NCBI GenBank assembly: GCA_049999805.1
Contig: JBNGIO010006003.1
Span: 71,897 to 135,896, forward strand
Origin: Folioceros fuciformis
Lineage: Eukaryota
Direction of reading: 5' to 3'
DNA: 64,000 nucleotides
Below, one piece after another: positions 1-10,811 of this stretch; positions within the stretch are counted from its first letter, which is position 1, and every line of letters begins with the position of its first letter. The translations under genes were made by a program, and so were the position numbers. The notes below the pieces were generated by a model, which was not told where the DNA came from, ran no database searches, and worked only from the letters and a program-made list of their open reading frames with translations.

Positions 1-987
1 GGGGTGGGTTGGATCAGGTTCTGCCTCTCCTCATCCATCCGGGTGTATAAAATCCTTCCCCAGTCGATCCTGGTGCCCTTCACTACTTCATGCACAAACA
101 GGAGCATCTGATCAGACAGATAATCCTATTTGCGTACCCGGAAGAAGCTCAGGAACCACCTGGCCAATCCCAACAGCTACGGACTTGCCATGTCGCGCAC
201 CAACCACCCGTTCGCTTCCTTTCTCGTGCCTGCTTTGAGCAGTGTTTCCGCCGCTCCCGTTCCGCCACGCCTTTTCAGGGACTCCAGCATCGGTCCCCCT
301 TCCTCCTGTTGGTCGCGCCCGTAGACCCTCCTGATCAACTCCAGGTTCCATTCCTGGGGTCTGCCTCTAATCCCCTCCTCGCGTACAGGCTCTATCAGCC
401 TCAGGGCGCACTCCCTGACCAGCTGGGGTGCTNNNNNNNNNNNNNNNNNNNNNNNNNNNNNNNNNNNNNNNNNNNNNNNNNNNNNNNNNNNNNNNNNNNN
501 NNNNNNNNNNNNNNNNNNNNNNNNNNNNNNNNACCAGTCCCCCTTCCTCCTGTTGGTCGCGCCCGTAGACCCTCCTGATCAACTCCAGGTTCCACTCCTG
601 GGGTCTGCCTCTGATCCCCTCCTCGCGTACAGGCTTTATCAGCCTCAGGGCGCACTCCCTGACCAGCTGGGGTGCTGCATGGTTCCACTTCTGGGTTATA
701 GAAGTCAGACCCAGCTCTGCCACCAATTTTCCTACCCTGACCCTCTAGTGCTCCATATTGGGCCACAGACGCAGGTCGATTTGGGGGACAGGAGGTCCCC
801 CCTTCTGTTCAAAGGCTGCTGCTCCAGGAATCAGTTCAGGCCGCGACCTCATCCTGCCTGTCCCCCTCCCCTCACGCTCGGGCTCGGAACTCTTCTGTCC
901 TGGTCGCGCTCTGGCTCTTCCTCTGTTCGCCCAGCTCTCTCCACCGCTCGCGCCTTGGAGATCTTCCACTCCCCTGTGCTTGCTCAA
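1..987 (-). pseudogene. Decayed ORF of probable retrotransposon origin (accessory ORF); runs off the window start
   Basis: Manual translation gives one reading frame (...APQLVRECALRLI.PVREEGIRGRPQEWNLELIRRVYG...HEVVKGTRIDWGRILYTRM...) broken by in-frame TAG stops and an N gap. TATA-like sequence near 1309-1316. Adjoins a Gypsy element. Confidence 0.45.
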
Positions 988-2712
988 CCCTTACACCCTG
1001 CGGCGTCTGTCCTGTCGTCCTGGCGCTTTTTCCTTCCTCAGCCGCTTCACGCTTCAAGTTACTCCCACTCCCCGCGCTTTCGGATGTTGGACAAAGGTCC
1101 CCCTTCTCTAGGGTTTTTATGCCCTGCCTGCTTTCTCTCCTTACCGCCCATCGGGCTACCACCAGTCGTCCCTCCGGCGACGGTTGCCCTGCCGGCTACC
1201 GTCGCCCCGTTGTCCTGGCCCTTATTTTTGCCTAAGTCCACCACTGGCCCGTCCCCTAATCATTTCTATTTCCTTATTTCTCAAAAGAAAAAAGGGGAGG
1301 GGGTAGCATATATAGAGACCTAAGGGGCCCCGGACCACCAAAGGCCACGGTCATACCCCACTCACCTACCTACAGACCTGATCCTTAATGTTCTCAATGA
1401 CCCGAGAGGCAAGGAGGCACTCGCTCATCCCTCCTCCTTGTCCTGGTCTTCAGTACACCCCAAACCCCAAACGCCAAGAGGGACTTTGGGCATAAACACC
1501 CTGGTCTTATTTACCTACTAAGCCGATGCGCCTGTCCCTACAAAAAAAATATCACAACCTGCTCACACCGTCGCTCAAAATGGGGGTTCTGAAAGTTTTT
1601 TTCGTTCACACCTAGCCTTCAACTACTCAACAAATTGGCGTGGATCTCCAGTGGTAGTGTCGAAAACTTCAGCGTTTAGCATGGATACCACATCCAAAGC
1701 TGAATTTCCACTCATCTCAAAGGGACATCATCCCAGGGAGCTATGTACTGTGTTATTATAACAAAACTTCGCATCATCACGATGATCAGCCCAATCTCTC
1801 TGATCAATCTGCACATAGTGCCTCAAATATTCTTCTTGGATTCGGTTAACTCGCTCAGTTAATCCATCAGTATCTAGATGGTATGTAGTACTCATGCATA
1901 GCTGCACATTTAAACTCTTCATCAAGTGCTGCTAGAACTCTCCTGTGAATCTTGGATCTCTATCGCTCACAATCTGCACGGGCAAGCCATGATACTTGTA
2001 TACATACTTTTTGAACAAGTTTGCTGCCTCAGAAGCGGTCACTCCCTTCATGGTGGGATGAAGTGTGCTTGTCTAGTGAATCTATCCACCACTATCATGA
2101 TAGCTGTAAATCCATTAATGGGAGGCAGGGGCATGATGAAGTCCATAGAAATACTTTTCTATGGGCCTCTTGGGATAGGTAGGGGCTGTAATAAACCTCT
2201 CGGTTTAGCTTGCCCAACCTTATCCTGCTGACAAATAGCACATGCCTTAACATAATCCAATGTATCTTGATACATTCCTTGTCAGTAAAACAATTTCCTC
2301 AACTTCTCATAAGTTGAATCACCTCCACGGTGACTAGCACTTGGCATATCATGACACTCAACAAACAATTTCCTCTTCAAGCCTACAAAGTTAGGGATCA
2401 CAACTCTCTTCTGTTTGTATATCAACAAACCATCTCTGAGTTTGAACTTGCTTCCTTTCTCTGCCACCCCATTCATCCAGTCCTGCACTTCAGGATCTTG
2501 CAGATAAGCTTCTTTTATCTCTTCATCAACATCCAAAGGTTCAATCATAGTTGCCATTGCTTTCACTTCTTAACTCTGCTTGCAACTCAGCGCATCTGCA
2601 ACCTTATTCTCTTTTCTAGGTTTATATCTAAGAGTCATATCATACATAGCTAGGAAATCTTGCCATCTAGCTTGTCTCGCATTCAACTTCAACTGGTTTG
2701 AGAAGTACGTCG

Positions 2713-2993
2713 TGAAGGATTGCTAGAGGAGCTACATGGTGAAGGAGAGGAGAGGAGGAGGCAAGGAGGAGAGGAGAAAAAGAGGTCATACTCTCACAAT
2801 AGAGTCTCCATAGCAAGGGAGCTCAAGGAGGGTATTTATACCCTTTAGAAGAGCTCCCTAGGAAGCTTCACAAGAAGCGCACAGGAAGCTGGGCAAGAAG
2901 CTTCCTACAGATTACCTTAAGCTAATCTAAACTAATGGTACTTAACTAGACACTAATCTTAGACTAAACACATTGGGCTTTAATAACCCTACA
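2713..2993 (-). mobile_element. Solo LTR (281 bp) nested in the Gypsy RNase H region
   Basis: TG...CA termini (TGAAGG.../...CCCTACA); perfect 5-bp TSD CGTCG at 2708-2712 and 2994-2998; TATAAATA on the minus strand near 2833-2840. Removing it restores the host frame DNMSTT-YFSNQLKLNARQARWQDFL. Confidence 0.9.
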
Positions 2994-5947
2994 CGTCGTG
3001 CTCATATTATCAATATACAGCACAAAAGACCTACCCAAGAGATAGTGTCTCCAAGCCTTCAAACAGTGGATGAAGGCAGTCATCTCCTTCTCATAGGTGG
3101 AATACTTCTCATAAGGATGCAACTTTCTTGACTCAAAAGCTAACGGCTTTTGGTCCTGCATCAAAACTCCACCTATAGCCACATCTGGGGCATCACAATA
3201 CACTTCCACATCTCTCTTGGAGTCATACATTCCCAACACCGGAGTCGTGCTCAACTTCTTCTTCAAGCATTCAAAGGTTGCCTAACACTCAGCATCCCAT
3301 CTCCAAGCTTTTGTTGTCTTCAAGAGGTCAGTTATGGGGGCTGCTATCTTAGCAAACATACATACAAACTTCCTGTACACATAAGCCAAACCCATAAAAC
3401 TTCGCACCTCATGAATGTTTCAAGGGGGCTGCCAATCTTGAATGGCCTTAACTTTATCAGGATCCATCCAGATGCCCTCGACAGAGACAATGAAACCTAA
3501 GAATGGAATCTCTGTCTTGATAAAATCACACTTCTTGATGGCCAAGAACAAATAATTCTCTCTTAGTCTCTATAACACTTTCCTCAGGTGTTCAACATGT
3601 TGCTCTAAGGTATGACTATAGATCAAAATGTCATCCAGATAGATTACAACACACTTGTCTACTAGATCTATGAATATAGTATTCAGAAGAGTCTGAAATG
3701 TGGCAGGTGTGTTAGTAAGTCCAAATGGCATGACAAGAAACTCAAAAGATCCATACCTTGTTCTACATGCTGTTTTGTACTCATGCCCCTCAGCAATCGT
3801 GTTCTGATAGTACCCTGCCATCAGGTCTAGCTTGGTGAAATACTTGGCACCCTTCAACCTGTCAAACATGTCATCCATTCTCAACAAAGGATATGCATTC
3901 TTGATTGTGATCTAGTTCAAAGCTCTGTAATCTAGACACAATTTGAGTTCTCCATTCTTTTTGCGTGTGAATAAGAGAGGCGCACCAAAGGGAAACTTAG
4001 AAACTCTGACATATCCCTTTGCCAGTAGGTTGGATAGTTGTCGCTTGAGTTCTTGCAACTCATCTTGTGACAATCTATATGGTGCTGTCGAAGGAGGCGT
4101 ACTCCTTGGCTTCAACTCAATCTCATGATCCACAACTCTGCGAGACGACAATGGTGGCAGCTCATCTGACATCAAGTCCTTAAACTCATCTAGTACAGCT
4201 TGTACCTCTTTTGGGATGTCCTTCTCCTCTGTGGAATTTTCTTCCAAACCATCCTCTAATCCTTGGAGTACAACCAAGTATAACTCCTTTTTTTTCCTAA
4301 GGTCTTTCTTGAGCTCTCTTTTTGTAATCAGTTGTACTGATACGCTCTCAAGCCTCTGGCTACTACTAGCACAACTCACTTTGTGCTTCCTGGATATCTC
4401 AATAGTGCGTGACTTAAGATCCATATGCACTTCATTATATCTCAACCACTCCAAACCTAAGATGATATCATGGTCGTCCACTGTAAAACTCACACTTCCT
4501 TGCCACGCCTCAACTTGTAGCTTTACTCCATGCAATTCACCTAGAAATTGCAGAGTCCCTTTAGCTTGCCTGATTCTATATGGCATGGAAGTTTCAATCC
4601 ATTCAAGGCCAAGCTCTCTTGCCTTACGTGGAGTCACAAAATTATGGGTGGCTGCAGAATCTAACAAGAGCTCTACATCAAAGCCATTCATCTTGCCACA
4701 TATAAACATCAGGTCTCCACCCTCCCTGGAAATAGTGTCATCCTTGACACTCGATGACTCACCACATATCCTCACAACATGTGGCCCCTGGCGTCACCTG
4801 GACTCTTCAGGGAGCTCTTGGATCCTAGCTCTAGATACAAGTGGATTGGCGGCAACTAAATTCAAGTTGGGAGCTCCCGCATGTGGACAATTTCTAGCAA
4901 AATGTCCCAGCTCTCCACAACTATAACATGCACCAGATGTAGGCACTGCACGTCGTCTTCCACGACTCATGTTATCGCCTCTACCCTGGCCTCTGCCCGG
5001 GTTCTCAGTAGTTGCACTGTTCCCAGTGACGGTGGCTTGTCCTCTACCTCTAAATCTACCCTGAGATCTAGGATATCTCCCCCTCGAGATTGGAGCCTCC
5101 TGGACAAACATGTTCGGTATGGCATTTGTTGCTGCCATAGCCTCTTGCAGAGTCTGAGGATTAATCAACGCAATCCTGTTCTGAGCCCACCTCTTAAGGC
5201 CAGTAGTAAACTTGTGGAGTTTGTCCTGCTCATGCATCTCAGGACATTGCAAGACAACAGAGCTAAATTCTCTCACATACTCCCGCAAAGTTCCAGTATG
5301 CTTGACATTGTCGAGCATCCTTCGCGCCAAACTCGCAGCATTAGCGGGTTGGAAACGGAGTTGCAGCGCTTCCTTGAAGTCTGCCCATGTGAAGATTGTT
5401 GCTCTGCGATTGCCTTACCTTACGTTCTCTAAGTAAGTCCTCCACCAAGTAAGAGCATATTCATCCAAGAAATTCGTGACGTGCTTCAAGTACTCGTCTT
5501 GCGGCACTCCGCATGATTCCAAGTACGCTTCCAAGGAGAAAAACCAAGAACTGATTTCCTCTACATCACGCTCGCCCTTGTAACTCTTAGGGGTTGGGAC
5601 ACTCAGTCTCAACTTCTTGGCCTTCTTAGGAGCAAGGATCTCAGGCTCGGGGTCCACTTCTTGTGGCTCTTCTTCAACGAGCCTACGTTTACCTCTGATC
5701 CCTTGATCCAGGGCGTCAAGTCTCTTCATGATTTTCTGGAGCTGGTCCTCTATAGTGGTACCGATCCTCTGCCCCGAAGTTCCTTCCTCCATTGTTCTCA
5801 CGACTTGAGGATCCGCTTGTGGCTCTTCCACAACGGCTTCGATAAGCGGGGCCTTATCCTTCTTGCGGCGTACCCTCTCCGCTCTGCCTGGCTCAGCAGG
5901 ATTTGCCATCGTTAACTAGCGTACTAGTCAAAGATGCTTCAACCTAT

Positions 5948-5959
5948 GCTATGATACCA
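5948..5959 (-). promoter_or_regulatory. Primer-binding site (tRNA-iMet type)
   Basis: Minus strand reads TGGTATCATAGC, one mismatch from TGGTATCAGAGC, between the LTR and the gag ATG at 5909. Confidence 0.85.
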
Positions 5960-5962
5960 ACA

Positions 5963-6665
5963 AGTAACACCCCCTTCAGTGGGGTGGGGTAGAACCACGC
6001 AGTTAGAAGCAAAGGCAAGAGTCAGTAATTAAACACCAAACACATCACTAGGCCTCCAAGTAGCCGGCCCTCCTCTTCTAGGAGGACTCGCAGCCAGCAC
6101 CCTTGCTGCTACTCTCTATTCAAATCACGAGTCAACAAGAACATACAGAGCTGGAGGGCTAAAGAGAACTCCCCATCTTTGCCTAAGCTAGGAGCTTAGT
6201 TCTCCCTTCTCTTAACCTCCCCATCTTTGCCTAAGCTAGGAGCTTAGTTCTCCCTTCTCTTAACCTCCTCCCACAGCTCCTTCACAGCACACCTCTCATG
6301 TGCTCACAGCACACCTCTCATGTGCTCACAGCCCAAGCAACACATGCTCTCAAGGCGTAGCCCAAGCACCCAGTGCTCTCAAGGCTTTGAGGAGATAACT
6401 GATCTCAACTCCACTGTACTAAACTGTCCTTAGTCCTTGGCTAGGTCCCTTTTTATACACAAGCTATAGTCTTTAACTTAGTAACTACATACTTAACCCT
6501 TAAGCTATTGTTCACTATCACACACTTTTCCTAGGGCTGCATGTTTCTCATGCTCTTAGTAACCTGCTCTGTTAAACATGCCTCTGCATGGAGCTTTCTT
6601 GCTTGGCACTCAAACCAGTGTTGTTACTAAGAGGTTTTTTTTAATAGATTATTAAGATCATAACA
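5963..6665 (-). repeat. 5' LTR of the Gypsy element, with internal tandem duplications (about 49 bp x2 near 6170-6268; 22 bp x2-3 near 6283-6332)
   Basis: Minus strand starts TGTTATGATC at 6665 and ends ...GGTGTTACT just before the PBS. TATAAAAAG near 6450-6458. Confidence 0.75.
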
Positions 6666-7007
6666 TCGTGGTTCATTGACCATGGCTCGGCCACCACTCG
6701 GTCCTCGGCCTTGCTGCGCAGTATTGCATCTTATTTTTGTTAAATATACCGAAAAAGACGGAATGAGCGCGTTCTTTACGGTAAGCCTATGCAGAACGCC
6801 GGGTCCTATGTGAACAGCCCTTCAGGCGAGCATTCGCTACTCCATAACGGAGTCCCACGTCAACCCATCTAGGTAGATAGTTAGCTACGGTGTGGGCACC
6901 TTGTCCTTTCAAATTAAATTGTTAACTTCCCCCTTTAAGCTCGGTAGGCTTGGTATGCGATGCGCAGCGAGCGACAATTACCTTGAACACTCTGGAAGCA
7001 GGTGCAG

Positions 7008-8851
7008 ATGGCATCCTCGGACGATCTGGTGTATTTGGTGCGGCAGTATGGCAGACAGCATGCGCAGAAAGGTGTTGCCTTGCCCGCTTGGTGGCGTGTA
7101 GCGCAGAGTTAGGGCTAGGACTGCACGATTGACGTTGGTAGTGTGTGCTGCTGTTCTTCGCGTGCAGTCACTTCAGCGGAGCGGCTTGTGAAAGAATTGA
7201 GAGCTCGAAGCTTGGAGGTTGAAGCGAAACTTGCAGCCAGTTGTGTCTCACTCGATATCGCGAAATTGGAGAGGAACCGTGCAGAGAATGAGCTGAAAGA
7301 ACTCGCCACAGAGCTTGCTACATTGGAAGCAAGTGTAAGAGCCCGGCAGGTAGATATTTAGTGTCTTCGTCCGCCTGAAGTGGACTTGTCTATTGATGTG
7401 ATACCTTATTAGAATTGTTGCATGCGTGTCGTGAGGCAGGCAAGAATACAAAACCGGCAAGCAGACATTGCTTCATTGAGAATGCGTCTCGAAGAAGCAC
7501 ATGTTAGGGCCACACAACCTCTGCAGCCATGCCAGTGAGGCAGTTTTTCCAATTATTTTTTACTCTGGTGCGAATGCCCCTTGAGCCCTAATCTGGTTGC
7601 TGTGGATTGGTCGCCAAGCTGGAGGAGGCAAGGTTGAGGTGAGCAACGGCTGCAGTGCTCCGTTCTGGTTTGGTTTGTTTGGTAGCTGTCGCATCTGACT
7701 TGACGGCTGTTTTTTCCACTTTCTCCAGAGACAAATTCATTTGTGACATACAACTCCAGAACAGCGAAATGAGGTACGTGAAGCTGGAAGGGTTGGAGTA
7801 GCCTGGGAATGATTCATTTGCAGGAGTGTGGCTGAACTCTGTCACTACGCTTCCTCTATCAGAAGGATGAATGCAGAGCAGAGTCAACGTGACCTGAAAC
7901 TGATTCTGTTAAACAAGCGTCAACACCTGGAAGGTCCGATTCCTATTGGTGGTTGGGAGCAGTCATCCACAGTTCCGTTTTTTTAACAAAAAGTGACAAC
8001 TCTACGCAGCGTTGAGGGCCGAGGTAGCCCTGAGTCAAGCGCACCAGGCTTGCCCGGTGGCTCCGGATGCAGGTGAAGTTGGCGGAGCCTGTGTAGAGAC
8101 GGATAAGGAGGTGACAGCCCACTCGTCGACTATCGAGCTGAATTCTTGCTCACTGGAGGCTTTGTAACATGAAACAAGTAGAGCACTTATTACCACTGCC
8201 TGCTGGCTGCAGATGGATGAGCGGCTAGACCTGGTTGAAAGGCTGGCTCAAAGCAAGCAAGAGTTGGAGGCTTTGTCCATATATCCTGCAAGACTTGGAT
8301 CTTTGTCAATTCTGAGCTTGGCCCTCGTTGGTACACGGTTTGGAAGTCGACTGGAGCCAATGGCGTAGCCACCCTGTTGCTTGCAAAGACGGTTTGAAGC
8401 GTGCCGTGCCCTTGACTTGCAATTCCACGACCGCGCATCTAGAAGATATGTCGAGGTTCTACAGAGGCGAGTTGGTGAAACAAGTTGTTTGCCCAGACTG
8501 CAGGTCTGACAACATGGAACAGGTGAGACCTTGTGGCCTAGGCCTTCTCACGATGATCGGCACTCCATTACACGCCGCTTGTGAAAACACTGTTATCCAA
8601 TGCATCTTTCCCATGGTCTGCGTGTTATCATATCCTGGCTGAACTTGCACAAGCAGTGGAATGAAAGAACTAAGTATCGGTCCAGGAGTCCAGAAGTCTC
8701 GAAGACGAAGCAAAATGCCAGCGTGACTGAAATACTGTACGAACAATCCCAGCGGGTGTCGTTGTGTGGAAGGCAGTGGAAGCAGCTGGGGGGGGGCGGA
8801 GGCCGACAGATATCCTTGGGCGATCTCCGTTGCAACGGGAGGGAACAGTAG
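7008..8851 (+). CDS. Coiled-coil protein with C-terminal CxxC motif, SCEP2-like (synaptonemal complex central element); 8-9 exons
   Basis: Phase-consistent exons 7008-7071, 7177-7349, 7440-7534, 7729-7773, 7863-7933, 8010-8110, 8213-8280, 8429-8522, then 8657-8851 or read-through to a stop at 8642. Protein MASSDDLVYLVRQY...AERLVKELRARSLEVEAKL...AKLERNRAENELKELATELATLEASVRARQARIQ...DKFICDIQ...LEDMSRFYRGELVKQVVCPDCRSDNMEQ matches the recalled At3g28370 family pattern. Confidence 0.75.
8281..8428 (+). other. U12-type (minor spliceosome) AT-AC intron
   Basis: 5' site ATATCCTG; branch point CCCTTGAC at 8409-8416; 3' end ...TTCCAC at 8428. Splicing keeps the frame (AT+G = Met). Confidence 0.8.
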
Positions 8852-9147
8852 AGGATGTGGCGATAGGATGTCAGATGATAGGAAAACGACACTAATTGAT
8901 AATTGGACTTCTCCACGTCGATTGAGCTGTACTTGTCCAGCGCTCCAGGCAAGACCATATCTGTGGGTTATCAGTCCGGCTGTTGTCCCTTCCCACATGT
9001 GGATGCAACTTCAGGAGTTTGCGAGCACCGGTTGCAGACTCGGCGAAGCAAGTACTGTACATACATAGTGTACACGTTTGAGCGGACTGGTTGCAGCATG
9101 TGGGAGGATCTGAATTGGCAGAAAGTCGGGGGTTTGGCAGGTGGCGC

Positions 9148-9238
9148 AGGAGGAATTGATGAAGCAGAAGCTGGGGTGGGGAGGAATTGATGAAGCAGGA
9201 GCAGAGGTGGGGAGGAATTGATGAAGCAGAAGTTGGGA
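9148..9238. repeat. 31-bp tandem repeat x3 (GGAGGAATTGATGAAGCAG...)
   Basis: Three near-identical units read directly from the sequence. Confidence 0.85.
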
Positions 9239-10179
9239 CAAATTGGGGAGTGGTGTGGCCTGGCTGGTCGGAGGCCAACAATAGACAACAACTGGAGCGG
9301 ACTGTGGGCTGTGGGCTGTGAGCTGCTCATGAGATCCTATCATGAATGAAGGCGGCGATGGTCGGAAATAGCAAGATTCGAGCTCGTAGTGTTGTGGCAT
9401 GAATGCGCCAACATCCTGATGCATCTTGTTACACCGGTATGGCGAGCAAGAAGGCAGATGTATAATCATGGTGGACAGAAGGCAAATTGTGAGGGAAGGG
9501 TGAGATANNNNNNNNNNNNNNNNNNNNNNNNNNNNNNNNNNNNNNNNNNNNNNNNNNNNNNNNNNNNNNNNNNNNNNNNNNNNNNNNNNNNNNNNNNNNN
9601 NNNNNNNTCCGGTGGCTGCACATGTGGTGCAAGGACGAAGTGTACACAGTCCATGGTGTGCAGCAAAGGTATGTAGTGGTTCAGGGGATTTGGTGCAGGA
9701 ACTTGGAACTAGTAGTGGTCCTGCAATTGCTGCTGGTATTGGTACTGGTACTGTAACGGGTACTGGTACTGGTACTGGCAGTGTGGTCTCTGTTTAACTG
9801 CTAACCGCATGGATTGTTTGTTGTACAACAGTACAGTAGAGTACAGGTGAGTGTTCCGTCCGCCAACCAGAAGCCGGTTCATGGGGAAGCGGGCACATTG
9901 AATGCCCAGCCGACAAAGGTCTACCTGAAATAGGAGGCCGCATTTCCGGGATGCCAAGGTGTACCGGTAAGAGGCTTTTCCTATCCCCATGCGCGTGTTC
10001 CAAATTCTCCAGTCCCGCCCGCCCTCGGCCGCGCCTGAATGCATTTTAAATGGAGGGAGGAGTGTGTAAAAATAGGAGNNNNNNNNNNNNNNNNNNNNNN
10101 NNNNNNNNNNNNNNNNNNNNNNNNNNNNNNNNNNNNNNNNNNNNNNNNNNNNNNNNNNNNNNNNNNNNNNNNNNNNNNG

Positions 10180-10430
10180 AGGCCCTGACATGAATTTAAT
10201 GGAGTGCGGCCTGTTTCGGGCCGGGGCAATTTCCAAACCCCGCCCAAATCGGCCCGTATCGGGCCGCTTGGGGGACGGGCCCTATGCATGGCACTGAAAT
10301 TTATTGCAGCGGCCCATTTCGGGCCGTTTTTAAATGGGCTCTCCTGTCCCCAAGATGAGGGCCCCGGCCCCCCCTGCAATCGGAATGATGAAGGGCTTTG
10401 AAAAGTAGTGGGCTCTTGCCGTCAAGGCCT
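10180..10430. mobile_element. Possible MITE (about 250 bp)
   Basis: AGGCCCTGAC ... GTCAAGGCCT inverted termini (9/10 match) and many internal CGGGCC/GGCCCG motifs. The left flank is lost in an N gap, so no TSD can be checked. Confidence 0.35.
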
Positions 10431-10721
10431 TATACAAAATTGTGGTGAATGATGCAGGTGACAGCTCGCTAACGCAATGAGGTAAGGGATCGTCTACGGA
10501 GGCGGTGAGGTGAGATCCACGGCCCCAATCAGGCTGCCCGCGGCGGGGCATCATTATGCCCCTCCATCCTCTACTGTGCCGCTTATGTATATCTTAAGCT
10601 CGCAGTGGGGACTAGTTTTGTTTTTTACTTATGTGGGTGGCCAGCAACCCGGCTTTACGTATTCTGGAAGCTGGAGCCCTGCAAAAGCTAGCTGCTGTGT
10701 TTAGCTTTGCAGCCTGCATGG

Positions 10722-10773
10722 GCCTGGCTCTGGCTCTGGCTCTGGGCCTGGGGTCTGGGTCTGGGTCTGGGCC

Positions 10774-10811
<38 letters not shown>

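Larger units (their letters stand above)
1620..6665 (-). mobile_element. Ty3/Gypsy LTR retrotransposon, 3'-truncated and decayed (gag-PR-RT-RH-INT)
   Basis: Gag 5909-4794 with zinc knuckle CYSCGELGHFARNC; protease LLDSAATHNF; RT with YLDD (4775-3570); RNase H (YCDAPDVAIGG, 3266-2600); integrase (ECHDMPSASHRG, TDGLTERVN, about 2400-1700). PR-RT-RH-INT order. Several in-frame stops and frameshifts. Confidence 0.95.

Noticed and set aside
285-676. About 145-bp near-duplicate on both sides of the 433-532 N gap
   Set aside because: Flanks a 100-N placeholder; most likely overlapping contig ends or collapsed repeat copies, not a real tandem duplication.
1620-5909. Idea that TE stop codons (TAA/TAG/TGA from CAA/CAG/CGA) are repaired by U-to-C editing
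   Set aside because: PPR editing is organellar; frameshifts and a nested insertion show ordinary decay, and methyl-C deamination explains the pattern.
8766-9469. Overlapping ORFs downstream of the SCEP2-like gene
   Set aside because: No recognisable domain, partly made of the 31-bp repeat; likely UTR or intergenic.
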